64,000 nucleotides of DNA, from assembly GCA_965202585.1 (NCBI GenBank), contig OZ241834.1, forward strand, positions 24,180,001-24,244,000, written 5' to 3'. The first letter of the stretch is position 1; every line of letters starts with the position of its first letter. The notes under the pieces were generated by a model. That model was not told where the DNA came from. It ran no database searches and was given only the letters and a program-made list of their open reading frames with translations. This document shows positions 37,701 to 49,626 of this stretch, piece after piece. A program made the position numbers and the translations under genes. The stretch is from Thalia democratica (Eukaryota).

Positions 37701-40072
37701 ATTAATAATAAAACGGACACTACTTTAAACTTGTTTCAGAAAAAATGTACATTAATGTTTTACTATATTAGTTTTCAGCAAACTAGATTAAGATTTTTTT
37801 TTTTAAATCTAAGTAGCTGTAAAAAATACTTCTCCATACAAATGTTTGTTAAAAGTTAGAATTTTTATATTATTTCTACATCCCTTATGAAACTCAGGGT
37901 CACAAAGTATATAACAAAATATTTAAAATGAATGCTTAACGTTTAATATTAAAAAATACTAAATTTGACAATCTGATTACAAGGGGATTTTTATCTTATT
38001 TTTAGGCAAATGAGTTTGGTTGGATACAGTCAGAGTAAGAAATAATTTAATTCTACTAAGCATATTAAAATCAATTGTATTTTTATACCTACTATAAAAT
38101 AAATAATCAAAATATATATTTTTAAAATTTTTAAACAAAACAATACAAGTAATTACAAAAACATAATTAAACAACAATTAAAAAGTACCTAAAAATGGAT
38201 TTTCAGTAACTGCGGTAATAAGTATTAACTGAAAAGGTAGGCATCAAAGTTTTTATTACAATTTCAATACTATCATACCATCCTGAGTAAACATCCTGAG
38301 TTTCATACACAGCCTAGAAACAAGAAAGCACTTAAACTATTTAAAAATCTTATTTTGAAATCACACAGAAAATCCTTAACAACAAAAATAAAGCAACAAA
38401 AACTCCTGTAAAAATAATAATACAATTAGTCATTGAAGTCTACAAAAAAACCAAAAAACCGAAAAACTTCATATTGAAACCTGCATGGGAAAGTTAAGTT
38501 CGCCATGTAATAGATTGTTCCTTCCCCGGTGAGGCATTCCGATGATGCACTGCTGAACGCCTTGCCCGCACATCAGCCTCAACAGCTGGTTCACCACCAC
38601 CAGCATCCCCTCCGCCCCCTCACCCGAGTACCTCTTCAGTACTGGGAACTTCTTTGCCAGGAAGTTGTCAAGGCACTGCGAGAGTTTTGATTTTAAAAAA
38701 CAGAACGTAATAAGTTTAGTACAAAATAAAACATGCGGTTTTAATGTTTTGATATCAAGCCTAAAAATGTAAAAAAAGTTTGTTTTTTTTATATTTTTTT
38801 TTAATGATTTGCTGAATAGCTGTACTTTTATAGTTTTAGATTTTTTATTCAGTGAGAGTAAACTTTTATTTAAGTTTCAAAGTTACTGTTTAATATTTAA
38901 AAAGTCTGAATAACTTTTTTGAGTTGAACACGAAGGTTAAAAATTATTATCAATAACAAAATACTATGCTAGTATAAAAAGTTATAAGTAATTAAAAGCA
39001 ATAGTTATAAAACATTATCCATGTAAAAGCTTTAAGCAGTGATATTAAGCTAAATAAAAATTTAAGTTTACTTTTAATGTTAAGTGAGAATTGTTTTAAA
39101 CTTTGAGTCTAGGTTTTTGCTATTTATGTATAGAAATTAAATTGTTATTAATCAATTTTTTAAATAAACTGTTTAATGATTAGAATAAAAATATTTTCAG
39201 TAAAATCAACAAAATCAGTTTTCAATAACAAAAAGAAAAACATTTATTTATAACTACAACTGGTACAAAATTATATATTAAAAACTCACCTTGTAGTTTT
39301 ACTTCATTTTAAAGAAGCAGTTTAACTTTAAAAAGTTTAAAGGATCTATAAAATTTTAAACAAAACTGTTTTATGGGGATGAAGATTTTTTTTTTAATTT
39401 TACTTTATAATTGAACACACTAACTTGAGATTTAACAAGAATTTTTGCAAGCTCAACTTTTTTCTCATCTTCAATTTCAAGTGTTGAAAACTTTTGAAAA
39501 GTATCATGTACAAACTCGGCTTCTTGTGAACAGAACATTCCTGTCGTGTCAACTGTCAGCTTGCCACTGTACAAACCTTCCAGTTCCTCCACTAACTTCC
39601 TTACTTTTATTTTTTGTCCTGGAAAATAAATAAAAATGAAATAAATAATTTGATATTGCAATTACATAGTATATTTTAAACCATTTGATAAAGTAAATTT
39701 TAAAGTTAAAATCAATTGATTAACTTCGAGTATTTATTTTATACAAAAACATAGTTTTAAAACTTACATAATACCAGTAAATAAATAACTTGGTCACAGC
39801 TATTTAAAAAAACTATTTGACAAGTTCTACAAACCTTTGTGCAAGACTTCTGTATCATCAGTTAGGTTGAAACTAGACAAAGTGGGAAATTCTGCTGAGT
39901 TTGCACTATTCAACGGATTTACTTTTGCTGATTTGATGCCATGATTTCTGTATGACTCCACAACTTCAAATGAGGTAGATTTAAACTTTTTATGTGTTAC
40001 AACGGAACAGGTGGGTTTGATCGAAATTAGCTCACTTGCAAGCGTTGAAGCTCTGTTGAACCTCAGTGCCAT
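28784..40072 (-). CDS. DHTKD1: 2-oxoadipate dehydrogenase complex E1 (DHTKD1), complete, 17 exons, 896 aa
   Basis: Exons 5'->3': 40072-39835, 39618-39425, 38675-38481, 37384-37226, 36837-36693, 36374-36234, 35704-35602, 34898-34760, 34401-34162, 33794-33540, 32558-32402, 31074-30952, 30363-30221, 29953-29865, 29636-29529, 29277-29118, 28885-28784. All introns GT-AG, phases consistent, total 2691 nt. Motifs: YRNHG, KRYSGEG, GMPHRGR, ThDP-binding [10 protein letters not shown]...[21 protein letters not shown] (DHTKD1-type), [26 protein letters not shown]. Confidence 0.96.
31052..31660. repeat. Degenerate tandem array of DHTKD1 exon 12 acceptor junction
   Basis: Motif catttcgctgtg (= cacag|cgaaatg on -) at 31068 (real junction) with variants near 31101, 31123, 31163, 31198, 31240, 31280, 31321, 31393, 31490, 31582 and 31640. 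Confidence 0.8.
32785..33473. mobile_element. Kolobok-like MITE in DHTKD1 intron 10
   Basis: TTAA at 32781-32784 and 33474-33477; termini ggcaataggg...ccctatggcc; right arm similar to 1080-1250. Confidence 0.75.
34878..35075. repeat. 41-bp tandem repeat (82-bp ABABA order) made of the DHTKD1 exon 8 acceptor junction
   Basis: 'atgtcaa' anchors at 34881, 34922, 34963, 35004 and 35045; the first unit overlaps the exon. Confidence 0.9.
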
Positions 40073-40399
40073 TATACTTTCTGAAAAAGTTGTAGCTCTT
40101 TTCTGGTATGAGTGTTTATCATATCAAATAAAAATTAAATGAAATTTTAGAAGAATTAAAAAGTAGTAAAAAATATTTTTTTATTATCAAAAATTTATCA
40201 TTAATGTAGTAAAAAAACTACACCAATTTATCATTAATGTAGTTATTGTTAATGAACTTTTTAAATCTTTGACACTTACAATTAGTATTAACTAACTATA
40301 AACATTATATGTGTGACAATAGGGTTACTGTACATTTAATTTAACATCATAAAGGAAATCTGAATCTTTTAATTAAATTTTAAGTATATTTAAAAACTT

Positions 40400-40935
40400 A
40401 AATTATTTATTTTAAAAATTATTTGATTGATAAAAAAACAAATTTTGAGATATGGTCAGTTTAGTAAAAAGTTTTAGTTACAAATATATGAAAGGGAACT
40501 TTCAATTGTTTGTATTTCACTTAATTTTAAAAACTTAGTAAAAATCTATCTTCTCCTTCATTTTCAAGCATTTAACCTTAAATTGTGAGGAAACTTTCCT
40601 TGCTTTAACAAAAAAAAGTTATATTGTAACAATTGAAAAATAAAAGCAAGTATATTTGACCAAATATTAAAAAATACATTTTACTCAAAACTAAAAAAAA
40701 ATCTGCAGTAGGATTCTAAAAGACTGTAGGATTTTTTTTTTTTATAGATTAGTCTTTTTTTTGTCTTTGTTATTTAGTCTTTCTATAAGGAACCAGTTAC
40801 AATATTTGACTTTATATACCTTTATATATCAAAAATTAATTAAATTTAAAAAAAAAACAGTAAAAAGCTATATAAGTTGAATAACTCTAATTAATTTCAA
40901 CTAGTAAAAAAGGGTTTACCTTGTATGTTATTAAA
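40400..40935. mobile_element. Degenerate Kolobok-like MITE copy
   Basis: Shares 'aaatctatcttctccttcattttcaagc' and 'ataaggaacc...gacttt' with 33000-33350; ends eroded. Confidence 0.5.
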
Positions 40936-41633
40936 ATGCTACAAAACTATATTAATAAATTCTTAAAACTGTGTTGCATTTCAGTAATAAGATTTAAATT
41001 ATACAAGGACAAACATTTTACTTTCTTTTAAGTTTGGGGAAAAGTGAATAAATAATTTTGAACTTTTACTGAAAGAGTAAAAATATCAAGTATTTATGTT
41101 TAGATGACTAGACTAGTTTAGCAAAGTATGATCTTCAGCCATAATTTTAGTCTTAAGATTTTCATTTTGTGTTTGTGTTGACCCTTAAGATATGATTTTG
41201 CAAAGTTCAACTAAGAAAATTTTCAAAGGCATTGCTAGGACCTCTATGGCTTCTTAAAAGCTTCTTAAAAAAATAGAATTGCTGAACTCACAAATCAATT
41301 AACAAAACGCAAAACTTTTAAATTAAATCTAATGGATATACATCAGGTAAGTATTCTGTTGGCATAGAATAGCAATCTGGCAACACTGCCCCAGGTCCAT
41401 ACAAACTCTAAAAAAATTATGAAAATATCTTTTAAAAAAGTACATATTTAATTAACCATAACATACTTATTTCTTTTTCTTTTATTATTGTCAGTAAAAA
41501 TATTCTTTTGGTAAATAAAGAGATTAAAGCTTTCCAAAACTTAATGATTTTTTTTAGTTATGTTATTGTAGTTGAATTTAGTACCTAAATTTTAACTGAT
41601 GCCGTAAATAATTAAAAAAAGAGAAGTTTTCTA

Positions 41634-41966
41634 CAGAATGGTAATTTGGTTTTGAGAAATTTCTCCTAGGTTTTTCAAAGTAAATGTTTTTGGGTCATTT
41701 TTTCAGTTTAAAATTAACCTTAAAAAAAAAACTACATTAAATAGTATAACAACATTGAAAATATGCTGTAAAGCTAAACTACTAAAAAATAAAAATGTTT
41801 TTTTTCTTATCTGTGAGATAGATTTTTTGTGTTGCAACAAAATTTTACTACTTAGCAAGTAAAATTGCTTAAAATTTCAGGCTTTTTAGTTATTTTTGTT
41901 CAAAATTTCTCAAATTCCAGGTTTTTTAGCCTAATTTGTCAATTTCCAGACTTAGTGGCCATCCTG
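41634..41966 (+). mobile_element. MITE family B, degenerate
   Basis: Internal match to 4069-4397; ends 'gtggccatcctg'. Confidence 0.55.
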
Positions 41967-43399
41967 TTGATGTTTATGTTTTTTATTGTTTGATATCTGA
42001 AATAATTGCCAAGTCTATTAGGTTGTTATTTATAACTTAAATGCAGACACATATTCAACCTACAAATTATTATCCAATTGCAGTCAAGTCTAGTATTTTT
42101 ACAAGTCTCGTTACAGGGAATTTTACTTTATAAACATGGCATAAAACTTGTGTATTCAAAATTTTTATCTTGTTGATCAAATCAGAACTGATAGATTAAT
42201 ATTCGGTAAACGTTTCTTTATTTATTGTACTACCATTAGATATGTTTTTTTTTAACTTTTACTTTTATTAACATGTATAATACTCATGGTCGATAAACTA
42301 GTTAAGTAACAAAGGAAACATTTTACCGTTCGGATTAACCTTTAGAATAAAAAATATTACAAATGAATGTAATACTTCACAATAGAATTTTTATAATTTT
42401 TCTGTTGAACTAACTTTATCAAAAATCTTTTGTAAATTTTTATTCAAAAAAATAAAGACTAAAGTTGTTAAATGGTAATGCTTAAAAGTATTGACGGACC
42501 GGATAAATTTACTTTACGCGCTACATATGATTAGCAAGCCGTAAATATCTTTGAATACTAAGGTTCAACATTAAGTGACTTTTGTATTATAAATGAACTT
42601 TTAATAACAAGTAAATTTTTACCAACCCAACCCAACACTAACTAATGAGTGTTGAAAGCTAAGTTCTACATAACAACAAACAACAAAACATTTTATTATA
42701 ACTGAAACAGTGCGTCAAAAAGCTTTTTATTGGTGAGATAAGGAGGGATAACAAAAAAAAAACGGACTAATATTGTGTCTTATACTTGTATTGTTTTATA
42801 GCAGTGGTGAAAAAAAATAGCACAGTAGTTTAACCAAAATATTTTTTAACAAGCTAAACGTTTTTAGTTCTATTAACTTACTTCCAGTTTTCAAGCTTGT
42901 TTTACTAGTTTTTACAAGTAGTACTAATCTTTCTATATTTTTTGCAAAAAGCATATATGAATTCCAAAGAAATATTAAAAATTATCTTTTTAGAACAAAC
43001 TAGACATATTGTGTAAATATTTTTGAAATATCTAAAAATTATTTCAATAATGCTTATGTTGCTTTAAAATAGAAATATTTCTTAAATTTTGATTTTTATC
43101 TATTTAATAAAACTTGTTTTTGAAAGATACTTCCATAAATAATTCGACAAGTAATAAAGTTAAATACTTAAAGTCCTTTAAAAAGTTTAGAGTTAGTAGT
43201 AAACGACCAATTTAGTACTCAGAGATCAAAATATTTAATAACCTAGAATTTTAGTATTTTAAATTACAACATCTAAAAAATTCAAAATAAAAAGTATGCA
43301 TAATTAATATGTATAAACTAATATAAAAATATGTATAATTGGAGATTGGTGGCTTTGGAATCGTTGAATATTTTGTTGTGAAATTTTGAGTTTTTTTTC

Positions 43400-43560
43400 A
43401 GTTTGTGCGTTGTATGAGTTTTATGTTTGTTTTAAAACTGTAATTTATTTTTTCTTATGTAAGTGTCTTTCAGTTTAAGTGGCTTAGGTTTTAATGCCTA
43501 GGCCCTAGGTCCTTCGTTTGACAATAAACTTCAAAAAATAAAAATAATAAAAAATACTCA
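43400..43560 (+). mobile_element. 5'-truncated 3' end of the CR1-type LINE (or a SINE sharing its tail)
   Basis: gtgtc..tttaagtggcttaggttttaatgcctagg...acaataaac plus A-rich tail, similar to 52905-52990. Confidence 0.6.
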
Positions 43561-43757
43561 AAATATTTAAAATAAACGTTGTTCTTCTATGAAAAGGGTC
43601 GGTATGAACTTGTTGGTATCGGAAAAAAGTTGGAAAGTAAAAATGTATTAGTGCCGCAGTTGTAATTTTAGTATTTTTCATCATAAAATACCCAAAGTAT
43701 CTACTGTAGATTTTAAATTTCCCATTAATGTTTTTAAGACCTTTTTTGCTTTTCATT

Positions 43758-43932
43758 TTAGACCCCAGGATATATTTGGCAAACTTAAAAAATATTTATA
43801 CTTGCGGGCCACACTTTACCTTTCGCCGGCCACAGTTTTATTTTTCATCGGCCGCATTCAATTTAGATAAAAACAATGCTTGTGGACCATGCTTTTACCC
43901 TTTGTGGGCCGCATGTTGCTAATCTCTGCTCT
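43758..43932. mobile_element. hAT (Charlie-like) MITE, degenerate
   Basis: gcgggccac / cggccgca motifs, ending 'gggccgcatgttgctaatctctg'; related to 20-202. Confidence 0.55.
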
Positions 43933-45127
43933 ATATTAAACTAATACCTCAGTAAACTAATAACTTATATTCTAAAATAATTTATAAAATTCTAAACATA
44001 AAAATTGATAAGATTTATACTTTATCTATTTAAATTTTTTGTCAATTTTGTTTGCAAAAAAATATTGTTACTTTTATTTGTTTCGTTTAGTTTTTTTTTT
44101 CATGAAACACCGCGTTAGGATTCTTACATACATTCAAGTAACTTTTATAATAATATATTAGAAAAATATTAAACTATACAAAGCCTTAGTCAAATTATAA
44201 GTTAAATGCTAAATACTTAATGGTAATTTTTTTATTTGTTTAAATCTAAGCAGATTCTGCAAAGACTTAGACAAATCTTATATTTATACAATTTATGTAA
44301 AGTAAAATAAATTTTTAATGATGATTAGTAGTAGAATTAAAAGGTAATGTTATACAAAGCATATACATTATACAAGTTGTTTCATTTATCTTTATTAATT
44401 CTTTTGAAATTTTCTGTTCTATTTAAAATCAAAATATACTACTTGTACAAAAAAAAAATAAAGCACAATACTAATAAGTTAAATAAAAAGAAAAAAATTA
44501 GTCAGACTAATATTTTTTTTTAACTCGTTTAATCGTCAAAAAATGTTTTGTTTTCAAATGCGTTAAGACATTAAACGTTAGACGTTATTGAATTTTTTTT
44601 TCATAATAAGCTCTAATAAATTAAATTATAAAAATTGAACCTGAAACAAAATAGACGCATATCAATAAACTGTAGATGGTTTGAAAAAAAATTACATAGC
44701 AAAATTTTATACAGTAGATTACTTTGTACAAAGTATAGCATGAATGCTTTAAAAAAATTTGCTTTAAAAACTAAAAGCGCAAATAGTTTTAAGTAAACTT
44801 TAAAGTAAGTAAAAATTCTACACAAACTTAGTTCAGTGAAAATGATTAGTAGTTCATAAAATAGTTATTTTATCAATCTTTTTAGTATTATATGTTCAAT
44901 TAACAGTACTTAAATTTTTACTTAAAATTTGCTTTATTTTATAGTCAAAAATATTTTTTTCTAACTAGACCTTGAATTTTCTATAAAGGATTTTTCTAGT
45001 TAATAAAGTATAGTATTCGAATTAGTTTTAAACCTTAGTTTGATAAAACTCACAAAATACAAATCATTTAACAGTGATGAAGTTAAACAGTACAATTAAA
45101 ACGTTTTATTTTTTCAAATAACTTCCT

Positions 45128-46222
45128 TTAACTTCTTTCTGCAAATTTAGAAAGCCTTTTCGTCTGACTGGAGTTACTAACAACCGACGTTCCTTCGCGC
45201 ACGGAACTTCTTTTCACCGAGAAAGTGAGGATGCTCCACCAGTTCTCGTAGGAAACCACCACTGAAAACAGCGACGCGTTCATCGCCACATTGAACACGG
45301 AGCTCCTCAAACTCGCCCGGATGTCTTTCTGCAGGTCGACGTACTCGCCCAAAAACGCAAACGCGATTGTGGCGACGGAGCAAATGACGAAACTCACAAC
45401 CGCCTGCTTCAATGTCCTCACGACCTTCTTGCTCGTTTCTGACTTTTTGGTGTTTTTGTTGCAAGTGAAATCGCGTAACGGACGCGCTAGAAGCACGAAC
45501 AAAACCAATTGGTTCGCAAAGACGCCGAGCGAAGCGATGTAGTAGAAAATTTTCCAAACCGAAACGTTTAAACCTTTATTCATCGCCACGCATTTCATCG
45601 TTTTGCGGTCCATCTCGACCCGACGCGGGACGACCACCAACCCACAAATGCCAAGAATTAAAACCGCCAAAACCGCAAGCGCGACGTTGCTCATCATTTT
45701 CACCGATTTCGTGTTCAGGTGCTTGAGAGGCGGCTGCCGGTACAGGTAGCGTTGTTTGAGCCAAGGGTACGCGTATATCAGCAGCATTGAAATGAAGAAG
45801 AAAGCTTCAGCCGAGTCGGTCACTGTTTGGCACGCCGTTTTACTCGGTTTTTTTGATGACCACTCCACGAATAGTATTGATTGAGCGAGGATGTTACTGA
45901 TGAGTGGAAATGCGGTTGTGAGTACAGAATAGTTCACCAAAAACGTCCTCTGTTTCGTTTTTTTGCACTTTCTGTTTCTAAGTATGGCAAAGTTTAACAC
46001 CGCAGAAAACATCCACGCGCAAAACAAAATGTTGAGTATGTTTATCGTCTGAACGGTGTAGTTACAGTTTATTTTATGGTGTTTTGTATCAAGTTTAGAA
46101 ATAAAATTGTTTGTGACATTCACACTTTCCATAGTACTAATGTTGGTAATTCTCATAATTTCTGTAGTAACATCGCTAGTGATTCTTATCATTTCCGGAG
46201 CAGTAGTATTACTAACATTCAT
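45128..46222 (-). CDS. Orphan seven-transmembrane, GPCR-like protein (364 aa, intronless CDS)
   Basis: Seven hydrophobic segments; Thr/Asn-rich N-terminus with several N-x-S/T sites; Cys at the top of TM3 (ACQ) and in ECL2 (KCV); no canonical DRY/NPxxY (WLKQR follows TM3). Confidence 0.88.
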   Translation of the reverse strand: MNVSNTTAPEMIRITSDVTTEIMRITNISTMESVNVTNNFISKLDTKHHKINCNYTVQTINILNILFCAWMFSAVLNFAILRNRKCKKTKQRTFLVNYSVLTTAFPLISNILAQSILFVEWSSKKPSKTACQTVTDSAEAFFFISMLLIYAYPWLKQRYLYRQPPLKHLNTKSVKMMSNVALAVLAVLILGICGLVVVPRRVEMDRKTMKCVAMNKGLNVSVWKIFYYIASLGVFANQLVLFVLLARPLRDFTCNKNTKKSETSKKVVRTLKQAVVSFVICSVATIAFAFLGEYVDLQKDIRASLRSSVFNVAMNASLFSVVVSYENWWSILTFSVKRSSVREGTSVVSNSSQTKRLSKFAERS

Positions 46223-49200
46223 TTCGCCGTATTAAAACCTGGTAAGATTTATTTAATGTTAATAAATGGCAGTAAATTATAAATATAAACTTCAACTAAT
46301 CACTTAATCTAATAACTAATTTATAGAAAATATAACTTTTACTAAAGTAAAACCGTCATTTGTATAATACTAAAGTATTAAGTTGTTTAAAACCCTTTTT
46401 GTTATATAAAATACCAGAGGTACTTAAATAAATGATGTAAAGTAGAATAATTACACAAAAAATATTAATCAAAATAATCCTTTTATTTGATTTTTATTTA
46501 ATTTTTATATTGTAATTTTTCTTTAAATTAACTTACTTAAATCATACTTTAAAAGTCATAAAAATTAAAAAAATTTAAACGTTTTTAACTCAATAAAACT
46601 AATTATTAGTTAAAACAAAATTCTATATAAAGTTGAATAAACAAGTAAACTTTGATAATTTGTAATAACAAAAAGAACAAACTAAACAAAAAAGCGAACT
46701 AAGTAATACTTACTTTTAAATTAAATAAAAACAAACATATTTAAAGTTGAACTTTATTAGATAATTTTAATAAATGTGTTATATTTTTTGTAACAAAACG
46801 TTCAAAGTAATAAACGCATTTAAACTAAATAAACTATCTCAAACCATTTTACTTATTTAGTACTTGTTAAATTTTCTATTATTATATTTCTATTATATTA
46901 TTTTTACCAAAAAACCGACTTATAAAATCACGATAATGAAATAATAAACTTTAATTTCTTTTAGCTCAGAATAACAAACTAAAAAAAATATTAAGTAAAA
47001 TAGGTGATAGCTACAAAGTATAAAAACGAACTAGGTGAAAATAATGAATGCAATCTCATTAAAAACATAATTTACTGCTACAGCTAAGCATATTAGAACA
47101 TTTTATCATTTCAAGTTAAATTCTATAAACTTAGTATGCTAATATAATTGTATTATTATTTGTAGTAAGTTGCATTCTAAAACATCAGCTCATAAGTTGT
47201 TGTATATTTGCAGTGTATATAAAATATAATGAAATAAATAAAGTTCAGTCATATAATCATTTTTTATGTAGAGATTAGTAAAAAAATGGAGAAGAAATAA
47301 TATAACAAGTTTTAATAATAAACACTTAACATTTGTTAATAATAATAAATCACTTTAGAAAACTAGTTTATTTTAGTTTTTTGTTACACATAATAATCAT
47401 TAAACTTTTTATGCTTTGTTTATAGTTTTTGTAAGTCTTGAATGTAAGCCATCAAAAATAAAAGTTTTAGTTTATAAGTTTAAACTTTAATCCATATGAC
47501 TTTTTTTCAAATATTTTTTTTAACCCCATAAAAATTAATTTAAACCAAAATTAAGTAGTTAACTTTAATTATAAGATTAACATGTTATTATTTTATCTAC
47601 TCAGTTTTATTAATTTCAAAATTACCAATTTAGTTTACTTGTAAAGATTATTTTAAGATTAAAAGTTTAAAACTGTTTCCATAAACTCTTGTTCATTGAA
47701 GTAAAAATTTAAAAGTTGTTTAAAGGTGCCTGATTTTTTTTCAATTTTTAGCTTTAGATTGATTTAAGTTTTTTGTTTAACATAAAACGGTAACTAAAAT
47801 GTTAAAGTAATCATTTAGGTTGTGTTTTTTGATTAAAATAAACTACCAAAAAATGTTATAAATACTTAAAAGTGTATACCAATAAGCATAAAAAACTATT
47901 ATAACACTCTAAATATATTTCTAAAGTTAGTATTCTAAATATATTTCTAAATTAATTCTATACGTGAGTAAATCAGTATAGAATTATGATTAAAAATTGC
48001 TGTTAACTTTTATATAGCTTTTATTTACAGTTAGAAGTTTTTATAGAAAAAACTAAAAAAAAAAAATTTATATAAATACTTTTCTCTAAAACCATATTTT
48101 ATTAATTTCAAAGACTCTTTTTATTAATAATAACGAGTCAAAAACATTTTTAAATTTTTTCTTAACAAAACAAGCTTAATAATTTACTCCTAATGAATTG
48201 TTTATCAATTTGTTTTAAAAAGTTCTGATTCTTGTAAGTTAAAGTTTAGTTAGTATGTTATACGTAATACATACAGCATTTGTAGCATATTTCGCTGAAA
48301 CCGTTTAACTTCTTCAACTACAATCAAAAAAATGTTTATATATTCTTAATAAAACTTAAATTAACTCAAATCTCAGCTATTTTTTCAAATGTAAGAACCT
48401 TTTTTTCATACTTTTTTATAAAGTACATTTATTTGAGCTCGTTTTCTATTTTCTTGTATATGTAATCAATATAAATCACTTAAGTTAAACAAAAAAAAAT
48501 TTAATTCTTAAATTTTTTGCTACAGATTTCTGCAACTATCATTGGTATATATTATCGAAAAAAATATGAACAAAAGGACATGTATTATTAATATTCTGTA
48601 AATATAAACGCATATATACGTAACGTTTAAATATTCTTAACTACTGTCACTAATAATTTGTTACATTGTTTGTGATAAACATTCGAGTTGTTGAGTAAAA
48701 CAGAACTTGAAACGCAATTAACTTATTAACATAAGTAACTCATATTTAATATTATGTAATTAGTACCTAAAATTTATTTTTGTTGTATAAATATTTTGAT
48801 ATGTAAAACTAATGATAAAAAACTTTTAAATCTTTAACTTAAAGGAAACTAAAAATAAATGAACGTTTTTTATATTGATTCTAATTTAGTCGTTGGTTTT
48901 ATGTTTGATCTATGTGTTGATCTCAAAAAAAATACTATTTTATTGCTTAAAGTTATAACATTTGTATTTATTGACCTAACTAATTGAAAAAAATGTATTA
49001 CTAATAAATTATTCTTGCTCCAACGATAAAAAAAAAATCTTTTTATCAAAAACATATAATTATATATATATAAGCAATTTTATATAGTTTAAAAAGAAAT
49101 TAAAATTCAAAGTTAATATACATATGTTTCATGAAGCTAAATACTTTAATTTTAAGGATTTAAGAGTTTAGCCTTATATATATAATTTATTAAGAAAATT

Positions 49201-49505
49201 CGATTTTAAAAATTCCAGAACATACGTTTCATATAGACAAAAAGATTGTTTTTAATCTTCAGCTGATTCAATTTAAAATAAAAAGCACTTTGATAAACAT
49301 AGATGCAAAAGTTATACAAAAAAAAAACAATATGACGTAAGAATTGAACATTGTACATTACAAATATTCGGTGCAAAAATTGATCTACCATCTCACTAAT
49401 CAAACAACTAAAATTCACAAAAACACAATTAAGCGGCTATAAAATACTTTAAAATTTATTGTATTTTAAGAGGAGCTTTTTAATATGTCTACAAGACGAT
49501 ATGAA

Positions 49506-49626
49506 TTCACTCCTCTTATTTAAACAACCTTCCTTTTTCAAAAATACATATCGGCTGTTGATTCTTTTAAGCATAGCCGTTATGTATGCGTTGAATAAGG
49601 AAGGTTGTTTAAATAAGAGGAGTGAA
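49506..49626. repeat. 121-bp fold-back element
   Basis: Perfect 30-bp inverted repeat (49506-49535 / 49597-49626) with further imperfect internal pairing. Confidence 0.85.

Noticed and set aside
39290-39345. Cryptic exon in DHTKD1 intron 2 with strong AAG|GTGAGT donor
   Set aside because: 56 nt with an immediate in-frame stop and no evidence of use; expected by chance.
41340-41352. Strong + strand donor CAG|GTAAGT upstream of DHTKD1
   Set aside because: No open frame or acceptor defining an exon.
45177-46282. Overlapping alternative-frame and antisense ORFs on the 7TM gene, DHTKD1 and dynamin exons
   Set aside because: Shadow ORFs caused by GC-rich coding sequence.
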